Program-made: the position numbers and the translations under genes
The notes under the pieces: generated by a model
Seen by the model: only the letters and a program-made list of their open reading frames with translations
Database searches by the model: none
What the model was told of the DNA's origin: nothing
Shown: positions 10,739 to 25,545 of the stretch, piece by piece
Position numbering within the stretch: position 1 is the first letter of the stretch
Layout of the letters: each line of letters opens with the position of its first letter
DNA from: Vicugna vicugna
Taxonomy: Eukaryota
Assembly (NCBI GenBank): GCA_013265495.1
Contig: MU057597.1
Location: forward strand, 272,563 to 336,562
Length of the DNA stretch: 64,000 bases
Direction: 5' to 3'

Positions 10739-12924
10739 CTACAAGATATAAAGAACCACAGATATTCTATTAATTACAGTTTGTAAATACATAATTTCTT
10801 GTTGAAAACATAATCTTAAACCAAAACTAATAAGTTATGAAACTTCCCAAACACGATGTTCAAAATTTAAGGAACATTAAAGGAATAGGATTCCTTACTA
10901 AAGAAAAAGTGATCACATGTAATTCAAAATAAACTTGTATGGAATATAACCTTTAAAAACTGAATCACAGTGGGGTGGATATAGCTCAGTGGCAGAGTGC
11001 AAGCTTAGCACATGAGTGGTCCTGGGTTCAATCCCCAGTAACTCCATTTAAAAAAAAAATTGTGAACCACTAAGTTGGACACTTGAAAGTTAAATAATAT
11101 TGCAAGTCAACTATATCTTAATTAAAAAATAAAGATATGGAATTGAGAAAAATAAAAACTATTAAAAATTTAAAAAATAACTTTAGGGTAGTCTAGTTTC
11201 AAACACAAACCTCTAATGATGCACAAACTTTATGTTAGTTCTCAAAGAAAGTGCGTTTTTCCACCATTATCCCAAAGCACACACCAACTGGCAGTAAGCA
11301 CACTGCTGTCTCATAACTGACAGAAAAGTATTATATTATGTATGATTTTTTCAGACTTGTACATAAGTAAATGCTGAAGAAGAAACAATATACTATAATG
11401 GTAAATAACCCCAAAAAAGTTTATCTGATGATTAATGTAAACAAATGGCAGTTTAGAATTGAAAGACAAAAGTATCATTGAGTTGTTCCCTATCTAGGCA
11501 GTAAGTTTAAACTACCTAGTTCATTGGCCCCAAAATCTACTTAATACAGTGTGCTTTGAACATTTATGAACTATGATCAGAGACAATGTTGTTAGGATCA
11601 ATTACAAACAAAAACATACAAGTTATAATGTAGACAAAGTGATATTTCACAGTAAACATGAACGTTAATATATTCTTTTAAACAAAAGTAATTTTTGAGT
11701 CTTTACTATGGAACATGAAATACTCTAAGGCATCCAAAAGCACCAATTACCATGATTTTTCAAATAAGGCATTAGACTCACAGGGTTAATGTACATAACC
11801 TCAGTTCACCCAGAAAATAAGTCAAAGAAATAGTATTTGAACCTGGACCTACAGACTCACAGAATGTGTTCTTCAGCATGATTGTCCACCCAAGCGGTGT
11901 AGATCACAGATTTCAAATAATACCAAGGGTTTAGAAAGACAATTTTAAGGGCGATACAACAACTGAGCTGGAGGGTGGAGTGGAGGGTACAGCTCAATGG
12001 TAGAGCACGTGCTTAGTGTGCATGAGGCTATGGGTTCAACCCTCAGTACCTCCATTTAAAAAAAAAAAAGGACAGAGCTGTATAACTAACATTACTCACC
12101 ATCCTTCCTGGAAATGGTTTCTGGGTCACCATTTCTGTGCATATTAATTTAGGTTTCGTCCAGTGAAATTAGTTCATTGTATGAATACATGCCTCCCCCC
12201 CACCCAATATGAGCAGTGTGGGAAGACAGCGGGATGGGTGAGAAAGGGCTCTGGAAATGGGGGGCTCAGGAGAAGAAATTCAATAGGCTAGGAAATAACA
12301 TCCACATCAAGGCACCACATGAGGAAAAGTCAGAACTGGGAAGGCCGAGAAGCGGGGACGGGGAGTAAAGGACCCGTGGGAGCAAAGCTTGTGACTGCAT
12401 GATGGTGGAGGGCAAAGGACATACTCAACTTGGAAGAAAAGAACTGGTTTGGCAGGTAGCACCATATTTTCTCACTGTTAACCACTGAATAATATGGTGG
12501 GCATGCAACAAAAGAGGAAATCTAAAAAAGAGAGAGTGTGATGTCATATGGAGAAAGCAGGTTTTCATCTGTAATAATATTTAATACAAAATGTGCCAGT
12601 TTTAATATCCATCAGTTCCATTTCCAGGAACAGATATTCAAGAGAAAAATACAGACATTCCAGAGACATTTTCAGGAATGGAATAAGCAGGACCTGGAAG
12701 GGAAAAGCAGGAAAGGGCCACCCAGAGAAGACAGATGAGTTTGTTCTGTACAGGCTCTTCCAGACACAATGAGATCTTATCAACAGCCCAGCGAAGTAGG
12801 GAGACACGGTTTCACAACGATGATCTCCTGGCTGGGTGGGCAGCAGGGCTGTTCCAGGAAACAGACAGAACAGGAGGTCTTTTCCAAGGCAGGCGCATTT
12901 TAGGATGTGATCATTTTAGTTAAA

Positions 12925-13400
12925 AAAGAAACCTGCGGCAACATGGATCACAGATGGACTGGGAGATCGTCATTCTAAGGGAAGTGAGCCAGAAAGAGAA
13001 AGAAAAATACCATATGATATCACTCATATGTGGTATCCAAAAAAAAAAAAAAAAAAGAAGAAGACAAATGAACTTATTTACAAAACAGAAACAGACTCAC
13101 ACAGAAAACAAACTTTTGATTATCAGAGGGGGACAGGTTGGGAAGGGATAAACTGGGAGTTGGAGATTTGCAAATACTAATACATAAGAAATAGATAAAC
13201 AACAAGTTTACACTGTGTAGCACAGGGAACTATAGTCAATACCTTGTAGTAACTTACGGTGAAAAAGAATATGAAAACAAATATATGCATGTTCCTATAT
13301 GACTGAAGTATTGTGCTGTACCCCAGAAATGGACACACTGTAAACTCACTATACTTCAATAAAAACATATTTTAAAATAAATTAAGAAAAGAAAAGAAAA
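12925..13400 (+). mobile_element. 5'-truncated LINE-1 3' end
   Basis: gaagtgagccagaaagagaaagaaaaataccatatgatatcactc ... cactatacttcaataaaaa with A-rich tail. Confidence 0.85.
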
Positions 13401-14034
13401 AGAAAGTTGCGGAGGGTATAGCTCAGTGGTAGAGTGCTCGTTTAGCATGCACGAGTTCCTGGGTTCAATCCTCAGCACCTCCATTAAAAAGAACTAAAAA
13501 ACAAACAAACCTAATTCCCCTCACGAAAAAATTAAGTTAAAAATACATTAAAAAAATAAAGAAAAATCTTGCTAACTAAATTATTAAGTATCTAACATTT
13601 AAAAAGAAATTTAACAATTTGATATATCAAGCCTAAGGCTTCTTGTTTGGTATTAAGAATAATAATGTCCCCTTTGCTGGGCTGCTCTAATCCCTGGAAA
13701 TCATATCACGGGATCTCTTAACAAAATCTCTGCCATTAAAAAGAGATGTGTAAAGTTGCTGGCAAGACAGCAGACCAGTAAAGTCCAGGCACTCACTTAT
13801 TAGCTCAAGGAGACACTAAGTTAACAACAATTTACAACAACAACAAAAAAACCCTTTGGACTAACTGAACTTCAGGTAAGAAGCTGGAGCACCCAAACAA
13901 ACGCCTATGCTCAAAACATAAAACGAAAAAGTGTAGGAACAGTCATGACAGTTTGCTGGCTTTGACTCAATCCCTCCCAGGCTCAGTGCAGTGAGATGGA
14001 ACAGGGGATGTCTCCCAGCTCCCAGCTCCCCCCT

Positions 14035-17000
14035 TAGGAGGAAATGCAAATCAAAGCCTCAAGGAGATTGCACCTCACACCTTTAGAATGGCTATTAACA
14101 AAAAGACAAGAGCTAAATTTATCCCTTCCCACCCTTTCTCCTGTAACTATAAGATTGTTAACCATGTCTGCTAAATTTGAGTTTGAGATTTACAAATGTT
14201 AGCCACAATATATAATAGATTTAAAAAGAAGTTTCTTCTGTATAGCAAAGAGAACTATGTTCAATATCTTGTAATAACCTTTAATGAAAAAGAATATGAA
14301 GATGAATATATGTATGTATATGCATGACTGGGACATTGTGCTGTACACCAGAAATGGACACACTGTAACTGACTATACTTCACTTGAAAAAAAAAAAGAC
14401 AAGGGCTAGAAGCATTGGGAAGGCTGTGGAGAAAAGGGAATCCTACTGTACTGCTGGCAGGACTGTAATTAGTTATGGTCACTGGAGAAAACACCATGGA
14501 GGTTCCTTAAAAAAAAGTTGTTTTAAAGTACCACGTAATGTAGCTATTTCACATTTCAGTGTATGTCAAAAAGAAATGAAATTGCTATGACGAAGAGAGA
14601 TCTGCACCCCTATGTTCATTACAGCACTGTAAACAAGAGCCAAGACATGGAAACCACCGAAGTGTCTAACTAACGAATGAATTTTAAAAAGTCTGGTTTC
14701 TTTACATAATGAAATATTATTCAGCCATTAAAACAAAAAGAATCTGGAGGCGCAGCATGTGGAAATAGATCTCTGCTTACTGGAATTAAAATTTAAAAAA
14801 AAAAAAAAGAATGAAATCCTGCTATTTGTACTAACATGGATGGCATTTGAGGAGCTTATGCTAAGTAAAATAAGTCTGAGAGAAAAACAAATACAGTGTG
14901 ATCTCTCTCATACGTGGGGAGGAAAAGGCCAAATACGAACAGAAAGCAAAATAGTGATGACCAGGGGCTGGGGCTTGACAGAAACAGGGAGATGTTAGTC
15001 AGAGAAAATAAACTTCAAATTGTAACATGAATAAATTCTGGGGATCTAATGTGCACCATGGTGATTACCGTTATCAATACCATATTATTTACTTGGAAGT
15101 TAAAAGACAGTAAACCTTAAAAGTTCTCACTACACACAAAATTGTCAATATGTGAGCTGATGGATGTCTTAACAAACATGTGGTAACCTTTTTGAAATAT
15201 AAGTGTGTGTCAAATCATCACATTGTACACTTAAACTTATATCAATGTTATATGTTAATTATATCTCAAAGCTTAAAAAGAGAAAACACAAAGGAATGCA
15301 CACAAAAGATTCTGGTTTATCATGTGAATGAAAAGAATTTAAAAAGGAAAATAAAAAAGATCTCAGGAAACAAAAATGGAGCTGGAAAGGTAGAAAGAAA
15401 AAATTAAGTTAGAGATATACAAAAGAGAACTTTAAAACTACAAAAAAAATCACAAAAATAAAATTTGGTTCTTTGATCAGATGGACACAATTAATGAACC
15501 TTTCAGTAGATTAGACTCAAATCACTAATATAAAAATGAAAGTGGGGACATTACAACTGATTCTGCAGAAATCAAAACAATTAGAAGAGGACAACTCTAT
15601 GCCCAAATATTGGAAAATTTAGAAAAAAGTAATAAATTCCTAGAGACACACCACCTATCCACTGGGTTATGAAGAAATAAAAAACCTGAAGAGACTGACA
15701 CCTTGTAAGGAGATTGAGTCACTAATCAAAAAATCACTAATCAAAATCAAAGGAAACCTAGCATAGCATCACTGCTGAATTCTACTCAACACCTAAAAGA
15801 GTTAAGTTCAGTCTTAACAATCTTCCTCAAACTCCCCCTCAAAATTTTAAGACCAGGGAATACTTCCAAACTCATTCTATGAGGCTAGAATTACTCTAAA
15901 ACCAAAGCCAGATAAAGGCACTACAGGACAACCACAGACCAGTATCTCTGATAAACATCAATGCAAAAATCATCAGTCAAACAAGAGTAAAACAAGTTTA
16001 ACAATACATTAAAAGAATTATGCAATCTAACACAAAAGGATATATTCTTGGAATGCAAGCATGGGTCAACAAATGAAAATCTTTCAGTGTAAAACTGCAC
16101 ATTAAAAAATGAAAGAAAAACATTACACAATCATCTCAATGGATGCAGAAAAGCATGTTAACAGCCTTTCATACTAAAAACACCCAATATAGTAAGAATA
16201 GAAGTAAACTACCATAACACATTAAAAGACATATAAAAAGCCCACAGCTAACATCCTACTCAACAGTAGAAGACTGAAAGCTTTTCCTCTCAGATCAGGA
16301 ACAAAACAAGATATACTTACTTTCAGTATTTCTATTAACATATAGCTGGAGTCCTGGCCAGAAAAAAGGACAAGAAAAAAAAGGCATTCAATTAGAGAAA
16401 GGAGAAGCAAAGTTATGTCTGTTTAGAGATGATATAAACTATAATGTAGAAAACATGCAATTCTGCCCCAGAAAACACGCAGATATAAATGATGAATAAA
16501 TTCAGAGAAGTCAAAAGATATAAAATCAACATGGAAAAATTTTTGTTTCTATACATTAATGATGAACAATCAGAAAGAAAATAAAGAAAACATTTCCATT
16601 TAAAACAGCATCAAAAAGAATAAAATACTTAGGCACAATCTTAGTCACATAAAAGATTTGTACACTGTAACTAAAAACATTGCTGAAAAATATTAGAAAA
16701 GATAACAAGTAAATGCAAATATCCCTAGTTCATGGATCAGAATATAATAATGTCAATATGTGAATACTAATAAAAGTGATGAAGAGGTTCAAACATCTAG
16801 GCATGTATCCAAAGGAAGCACTACTTCAAAAAGACGGAAGTTTCTCAGTGTTCATAGCAGCACTATTGACAGTAGCCAAGACAAGGAAGCAACCTAAATG
16901 TCCGTTGACAGATGACTGGATAAAGAAGTTGTGAGAAATACAATATACAATGGAATACTACTGAGCCATAAAAAGAATAAAATAATGCTATTTGCAGCAA

Positions 17001-18410
17001 CATGGATGGACCAAGAGATTATCATACTAAGTGAAGTAAGCCAGAAAGAGAAAGAAAAATATCATATGATATCATTTATATGTGGAATCTAAAAGAATGA
17101 TAAAAATGAGCTTATTTACAAAACAGAAATAGTCTCATAGACATAAAAAACAACCTTATGGTTACCAAAGGGGAAGGGGGGTATAAATTAGGAGTTTTGA
17201 ATTAATAGATAGACACTACTATATATATACATATATATATATATATAATATATATATATAAAATAAGCAACAAATAGATACTGTTCAGCACAAGGAATCA
17301 TATTCAATACCTTGAATTAATCTATACTGGAAAAGAAACTGAAACAGGAAACACACACACATATATATACAATGAAAAACCACAAATAAACTTATTTAAC
17401 AGAAACAGATTCATAGACATAGAAAACAAACTTATGGTTACCAGAGAGGTAAGGGGTTGAAAGGGATAAATTAGGAGTTTGAGATTTGCAAATACTAACT
17501 ACTATATATAAAATAGATAACAACAGGGTCCTACTGTATAGCACAGGGAACTATATTCAGTATCTTGTAATAGCCTAGAATGAAAAATAGGAAGAGGAAT
17601 TTGTCTATCAATCTATCTGAATCACTATGCTGCATACCAGAAAGTAATACAACATTGTAAATCAACTATACTTCAATTAAAAAAAAGATAAAACTACAGA
17701 ATAATAACTGAAGATCATTTAAAAATGATATTCAAGCAATACCTAGCAAAACCACAATATCATTTTTGGAAAAAAAGTACTTACATCCTAGGACATACAT
17801 TGAATCTCAAGACACCAGGAATATCAAAATCAACCCTGAAAAGAACAAAGTTGAAGGTCTCACACTTCCTTACTTCAAAGCTTCCTAAAAAGCAAAATGA
17901 ATAGAAAGAGTGTGGTACTAGTATAAAGACAGAAAGACCAGTAGAAAAGATGTGAGAAATACATGCTTGCATATGTGGTCAAATGATGTCCCAGAAGGGT
18001 GTCAAGGTTACTCAATGAGGGACAAGCAGCTTATTGAAAAAGAAGGTGTTGCGAAAATTAAGATACCCACTTGTAAAAGGACATAGCTGGACTGTTACAT
18101 GACACCACATTAAAAAAGCAACTAACAATGGAACGAAGTTCTAAACATACAACCTAAAAGCCTAAAACCTCTAGAAGAAAATGTAGAAGAGAAACTTCAT
18201 GACACTGGACGCATCAGTGATTGAGCACACATCATCACAAAAGCACAGGCAACAGAAGTAAACACAAATAAATGGGACTACATCGAAATGGCAAACTTCT
18301 GTGTGTCAAAGCACACTCGGGAGAGTCAAAGGACAATCTGCAGAATGGGAGAAAATATTTGCAAATCAGGTGTGTGAAAACAGGTTAATACTAAAACTTA
18401 TCAAGAACTT
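14035..18410 (+). mobile_element. Mosaic of nested LINE-1 fragments (ORF2 and 3' UTR) in the last intron of gene A
   Basis: Continuous L1 ORF2/3'UTR-like text with younger L1 tails nested (~14120-14385 minus; ~16790-17690 plus); no long ORF. Confidence 0.85.
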
Positions 18411-20257
18411 TAAAAGGGTCTGCTGACCAATTTCACAATGGGTGTTGGGGGGTGGGGGACATTCCAAAATTCAATCCTCCCACACATTGCAAATAAGAAA
18501 ACAACACAAAGAGCATGATCAGACAGGAACCTGATGATTAAATAAACACCAACTTCATTTAAAATGCACAGAAACGTACAAGATGAAAGTAGCAATGGCT
18601 TAATCAAAACAAAACACAGTCCTTCACTGAAGGCACCATTCAACTTCATAAGCTCCCTCATTAGGATGCTTCGAAATAGTATTTGTTGAGGTTGCATAAA
18701 CAATGACACATACAGGGGGTGAAAAATGTGGCATAAGCAATAAATAGTTCAGTCAGCAGCCTCAGAGACATGAGGACGTGAACTTGGACAATGCTGTCCC
18801 AAGGAGAAATTCCTACACCATTTATTGAGGCTCAGAGGGGACGATTATCAGTACATGAGAACATTGTCACAGTTGCTCTTGAGACGTGCTTTTGTAATAC
18901 TCCTCAAAAGTGGGGGGAAAAAATTGGAAACACATCTTGCTCAGTCAAGGTCTTGTGATACTTTCCATCTCAGGGTCCTGGAACACACTGACCAATATGC
19001 TCAGTAGCTTCAAGTGGTACAGAATTATACTGTAACATATTAGTGGAAAAATTTCCATCAAGAATGCTCTGTTACCAAGTAAAACCCTTCCATCAAAGAT
19101 GGCTTATCATAGCAACAACAACAGCAAAAAACAAAAACAAAAACAAACAAAAAACCAAGCAACCAAACAAACAAACAAAACCAACAACCAACAACAACGA
19201 AAATCTCAGGATGAAATTTGGGACTCTAATAATGTGCATTATAAAAGCAATTTGGGGGGTGGGTGGGTGAGAAGGGTATAGCTCAGTGACAGAGCACATG
19301 CTTAGCATGCATGAGGTCCTGGGTTCAGTCCCCAGTACTTCTATTAACATAAATAAATAGATAAATAAATGAAAAGCAATCTCAGAGGCAAAGTCATGCA
19401 AACTAAAGAAAACATGACATCGAGAAGAGTCTACATTCCCAGGCCAGGTAAAGAGGTCAAAGAGTGAGAAAAAGACAAGATATGAGGGCCAGATATTATA
19501 GACCCTTAATGTGGGACCCTGCGCTCTACCCAGATGCCAAGCTCAGAGCCTGGAAGATTCATATATGCTCCCCCGTAGGACTGGGGGTCAAAGAGACTCT
19601 CTCCATCCACTGTCTTTACAGTTTTCCTAAGTAACAAGCACAGAAGATCCCACCCTTTTCCCCTCTGCACACCCCCCTGAAGGAGGAGGCACAAGCAGAA
19701 CAGAAGAGAGGGCTGAGGGACCTGAGCAGGCAGGCAGGGCTTGAGGCAGGTCTGTGCAGGGTCTGGGGCGACAGATGGAAACAAAGGGCAGTCAGTGTTT
19801 CCCATCATTTCATTAGTTCTTCCAAGTACAGCAAATGAGGATGAAACTGAGATCGGGCCAGGGCTCAGGACTATGAGCCTTCAGCTCTTATCTACATAGA
19901 CAAAAAATGGAAAATCCCATGGATCAAGTACAGAAGAAGTGATCAAGGGGGAAAGATATTCCTTTGAAACAGTTCACCACATGCTGCTCAAATAAGGCAA
20001 GGAGCTGACAGGAGCCAGACGGCAAAGAGATCCTGGCAAAGACTCTGCCTCTGTCTCCGGTGGAGCTGCAGCACCAGAGAAGTGAAAGGATGAATTTTAC
20101 ATGTTGAAGGACAGTGTGGTACGTACGGGAGAGGAAAAACATCCTCCACGAGGTCACAAGTAATAAACTTGTCTTCCCAAAGAACTCTCCGACGAACGGA
20201 GAGATTTCTAAACACTGTCAACACTGTGGCCTCCTCTCTGCCCTTCTGAGATCTGAC

Positions 20258-20384
20258 CCAGGTTCGTACTTTTCATACATTCCCACCTGTTCGGCTTTTT
20301 TTATCCTCACGTCACTCTTCACAGTCCAAGGTGCTTGCTCTTGCTCCAAAATGCAAATAATATTCAGGTCAGAAACCAAAATTC
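20258..20384 (-). pseudogene. Gene A KRAB-B exon, frameshifted (127 bp)
   Basis: gcag|GA ATT TTG GTT TCT GAC CTG AAT... = GILVSDLNIICILEQEQAPWTVKSDVRI; frame slips at an A7 run before the expected PNRWECMKS; donor G|GTCAGA; length not a multiple of 3. Confidence 0.8.
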
Positions 20385-20821
20385 CTGCCTCTAAGAAGAA
20401 AAAATGATGTGCTATGGGTTTTTCAGAATCCCAGCTCTCTGATCAGCAGAGGAAAGAGTACATGAAAAACGGATCTGGAAAACATTTCACAAATTCATTC
20501 ATTCACTGCTTGCCTCCTCAGAAGGCATGGGGAATAGTATAATGTGCAGACATCTAGTTCTCTTCCAAATAGGGAATCAAAAGCACAGGGTAGAAAATGG
20601 GGAATTGGATATGTTAAGTTTCCAACTGGGCTTCATCAGTATTTCAGCTGTGGAACAACTCTCGGTGCAACATAAAGTGGGCAGATCAGCCGAAGAAAGA
20701 GCAAGTTAAAACTCCTGGCACGACACCATGAAGCTTTTCATGTCTGAGGCAACAGGGATTTCAGATCAGTCAAGCAAAACACAGGCTCCCAAGAGGCACA
20801 CAGGGAAAATGCAGACACCTA

Positions 20822-20983
<162 letters not shown>

Positions 20984-21719
20984 CTAAAATGAAAAACATT
21001 TCCCCAAGGGGCCATGAGGAGACCTCTTATTTGCACACAAAATGAGAAGAGAGAGGGGTAAGGATCAAGTCAGCTGAAGTGTGTGTTCTGACAGATCCGT
21101 GGAAAGGTATTTGGAGTGAATTATGGGTCTACAATTTTAATTCCTAATGCCTTTTCATAAAGATCATAATATCCTTCATTCAGTGTGGATTACTCATTTT
21201 TGTGGACAATACATGAAAAACATACAAATAAAATTCAACCACAGGTTGTCTACGCAGAAGTGGTAGATACTCTGTTCTACACACTGAGTGATATTCACTA
21301 GATGAGCTGCGGTCTGAGTGCTGCCATCAGAGACGGCGAAGTCCACAGTGGCTTTAGGGAGAGCTGAATACTTAAATTATGACAATGCTAACAACAAGGA
21401 CTAAAGGTGTCTGAATACTTCTTATGTGCTAAGCGTCACTCTAAATGCTTTACATGTATGAATTTGTCATCTACGTAACAGTTCATTAGAGAAAGGCATG
21501 TTCCTATCTTTCAAAGGAGAAAACTGTGTCACACTCTGTCACTTGAACTAAACTGACTAAAAATATTTTAAAAACACTGATTCCCTCCCCCACCCCAAAA
21601 GGGGGTATAGCTCAAGTGGCAGAGCACATGCTTAGCATGCATGAGGTCCTGGGTTTAGTCCCCTGTATCTCCTTCAAATACAAATAAATAAATAAACCTA
21701 ATTACCACCCCCTGCCAAA

Positions 21720-23300
21720 AAAAGATTGACAAATACTTAGCTAGACTGAAAAAAAAGAGAATGTTCAATTGACTAAAATCAGATATGAAAGAGAAATCGT
21801 AACTGAATCACAGAAAATTTTAAAAAGGATTAAAAGAGAGTGCTATGAACAATTTTATGCCAAAAAAATACATAACCTAAAAGATACGGGTAAGTCCCTA
21901 GAAACATATACCCTACAAAGACAAAATCATAAAGAAATAAAAAATATGAGCAATCATAGAGATTGATGCAGTAATCAAAAACCTACAAGGCAAGGATGAT
22001 TCAACATTAAAAAGTCAGTATTGGGTACGGCTCAGTGGTAGAGTGCGTGCTTAGCATGCACAAGGCCCTGGGTTCAATCCCCAGGGCCTCCATAAAACCA
22101 CCACAACAATATAATACACCACAATAGAATGAAGGAAAAAAATAACACATGGTCATCTGAACTGGTGCAAAAACAACCATCTGACAACATTCGACAGCAT
22201 TTAGAGATAAAAATGTAAACTCTCTCAGTTTAATAAAAACCACATACTGAAAGCACACAGCTAACATCAAAATCAGTGGTGAACAATGAAAGCTTTTCCT
22301 CTAGGGTCAGGAAAGGCCAAATATGCACACTCTCTGCACTACTAGTCAACAAAATACTGAAGCACCGAATCAGAGCAATCAGACAAGAAAAAGATAGAAG
22401 CAAAATTATCTTTTTTCTTGCAGATGACAAGATCTGACACGTCCAAAACGATACAGATTCCACGAGAAGAATGTTACAAATAAAAAATGATTTTAGAAAA
22501 GTCCTAAGATACAATATCAACACACAAAATTCACTGCATTTCTATACACTCACAATGAACAATCTGAAAAGGAGACTGAGAAACAATCTTTTTTACCATA
22601 ACATCGGAAAAAAAAAAAAAGAAAAGAGGCATAGGAATAAATTTAGCCAAGGAGGCGAAAGACTTCTACACCCAAACCCACTAAACTTTGCGGAAAGAAA
22701 TAAAAAAATGGTATCTAAGCCGCTCTCCCTTCTGAGATGGGATCACGCATTCTATCCATGAAATGCGTACCTCTCTAAATAAACTTGCTTTCACTTGAAA
22801 AAAAAAGATACTTAATGTTGGGTGTCCACGCCACCCACAGTGTTCTATAGATTCAATGGAATCCCTGTGAAAATCCCAATGGCAATTTTTGTAGAAATAG
22901 AAAAAAAATATTAAGTTCACACGGAATTTCAAGGGACTCCCAAATGGACAAAATACTCTTGCAAAAGAAGAAAGTTGGATGACACACTGTTTTCGATTTC
23001 AAAACACTTTAAAAAAAAAAAGCAAGATGGTATGGTACTGCTATAAACACAGATATATAAACGAATAAAACAGACCAAGATATTGAAACATGAACCCTTG
23101 CATATATGCCAAACAATTTCTGACAAGGGAGCCAAGACTACACAATGGGGAAAGGACACTCTTCAAATGGTGCTGGGAAACTGGACATCTACCAATAAAA
23201 GAATGAAGCTGAAACCTCACCTGCATCAAACTTAAAAAAAAAACAAACCTGTGTGTGTCAAAGGATACAGTCAACAGAGTGACAAGACACCTCCGAGGAA
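21720..23300 (+). mobile_element. Old LINE-1 ORF2 fragment with SINE insertions
   Basis: L1 ORF2-like text (tgctatgaacaattttatgcc; gacaagggagccaagactacacaatgggg). Confidence 0.8.
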
Positions 23301-24093
23301 TGAAGGTGATGAAAACAATTTCAAGAATCTCCAAGTGTCCCGCATTTAAGTGGATTATACAGTTTAAAATCCATGATGGAATAAAACACCCTCTATCACT
23401 GATGTCTCTAAACTTTCTATTTCATTCCCAACCATTAAAATTTTGAAATAGGTACTCACTCATTTAGCTTTAAGTCTACTACAAAACATGAGAACTGATT
23501 TCCCCCCACTGGTCTCTTTTCCAGAATTTACCAGGTACTATGCATATAAATACCTGACTTCCAAGTTCAGCTTCTTCTTCTTTTCCTTTTTTTTTTTTAA
23601 TTTGGCTTTTTGGGAAGTATGTTTTTTGGGGGGTAATTAGGTTTGTTGATTGATTGACTGATGGAGGTACAGGGGATTGAACCTAGGACCTTGTGTATGC
23701 TAGGCAGGCGCTCTATCACTGAGCTATACTCTCCCCACCAAGCACAGCTTCTTTCTCTGGTTTACAGACAGCGGACAGCGCACCCAGATGGGCCCCTAAA
23801 CCCTCCCTGCTGCCCCACAGCACTGACTCTGGGTCTCCAACCCACGGGGGTGAAGCCCGCCCAGGACACCGCCCGGGGAGCCGCTTCACACGTTCCAGGT
23901 CCCAGGGTCCCGGGGGTGGAGTCTGAGTGGGGAGGACAGGCGCTGTCCTGGGAGGGAGGACAGGAGGGAGGGCCCTGGGTGACTGTGAATATACAGGTGT
24001 CAGGCAGGATACTTCGGAGTCAGACAGGATTAGCAAGTCCAAAGGGCATTTCAGGAAGGACAGACTGAGAATCCAGTGAGAGTACGACTTTAC

Positions 24094-24165
24094 CTGAGAA
24101 GGGGCCATTCTCGAGTCCTTTTCTGTCCTCTCCATCCTCTCCTGGGCTTCTTCCTCGGGGAACAT
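24094..24165 (-). CDS. Gene A start-codon exon (MFPEEEAQERMERTEKDSRMAPSQ); whole exon 24094-24184; second ATG at 24108
   Basis: Acceptor cctttcag before 24184, in-frame ATGs at 24165 and 24108, donor CAG|GTAAAG in phase 0 matching the KRAB-A exon. Confidence 0.85.
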
Positions 24166-24739
24166 GAGTCTTCAGAAGCCAATCCTGAAAGGTGGAAGAT
24201 GCTGCTTAATGCTGAGAACCAACACACCGCTTCCTGTGCCACAACCACACACACAGGGGAGACCTCACCACGTGGAACAGACAGTCCTCTGCTGCCCACT
24301 GTCACAGGAGGGACTCGCGACAGGAATCTCCACACACAGACCAACAAGGGAGTTTCCCCACACTGTCCTCACATCACCCTCCCCTCCTGGTGAGCCCCTC
24401 ACCCACAATGCAGCAGCGGGTGCCTCAGGGGGACCCGACAGCCCCCTTCAGGTCACAGACTAGGCCCTGATCCATCCCCACGCAGAGCAGAGCCCCCTCC
24501 CCCTCAGCCCAGATCCCAGCCCTCAGGATGGGAGGACTCAGTCAGGATGCTCAGTGAGGGACCCAGACTGGAATCACCGGGAACTTTAAACATTATTGAG
24601 GCAGGACTCCACACTGACTATGTGAAAGGGAATCTCTAGTCAAGGCACATACATGTGCCAAACACCTCATCAACCAGATGTGAAGCCTGGGTTGAGCACC
24701 TCTGAGAGGAGGCAAGCCCAGCACACATCCCCCTTTGTT

Positions 24740-25545
24740 TTTTCCAGCTTTATTGAGCTATAATTAACGAATGAAAATGATGTGTATATATACATATATA
24801 TCTATCAGCTATACAATGTGATCATTTGACAGATATATGCATTGTGAACTATTTTTCACAATGAAGGAAGTAACACATCTATCAACTCACAATTACCATT
24901 TTTTGGGTCTGTGTGCTCAGAACACTTAAGGCTTACTCTCTACAAAAATTTCACGAATATAGTAACAGAGTATGATTAACCAGTCACCATCCTATATGTT
25001 AGATCCCCAGAACTTACACATTTTACAAGTTAATATTTGTACATTTTCACCAACATCTCCCCATCTTCCTCACCTCCCAACCCCTGGTAACCACCATTCT
25101 CCTGTCTGGTAAGGTGAGTTTGACTTTTTTAGAATTTACACATAAGGGAGATCATACAATAGCTGTCTCTTTCTGCCTGGCTTCATCCACTTAGCCTAAT
25201 GTCCTCTGGGTTCATCCATTTTGTCATAAAAAGCCAAATCTCCTTCATTTTTATGGCTGAACAATATCGCACAATGTTCTCATTATCCATTTGTCCGTCG
25301 GCCAACAATGAGGTTGTTTCTGCATCCTGGCTGTTGTGAAAATACACACACGTGCCGTAATGGTCATGGGGGTGCAGGCGTCTCCTTCAGTATCTTGCTT
25401 TCATTTCCTTGAGATACACAACCAGAAGTGGAACTGTGAGATACCAAGCCTGTCCTGTTTTTAATTTCTGAGGAAACTCCATACTGTTTTCCACAAAGCT
25501 GTAGGTCCACACTGCCGCCAACAGTGCACAAGGGTTCCCCTTCCT
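24740..25545 (-). mobile_element. Old LINE-1 3' end
   Basis: Reverse L1 3' UTR/ORF2 terminus (ttttctgaggaaactccatactgttttccac; cccctggtaaccaccattct). Confidence 0.8.

Noticed and set aside
13409..13490. tRNA-like sequences with A and B boxes (many copies)
   Set aside because: They are heads of tRNA-derived SINEs with A-rich tails, not tRNA genes
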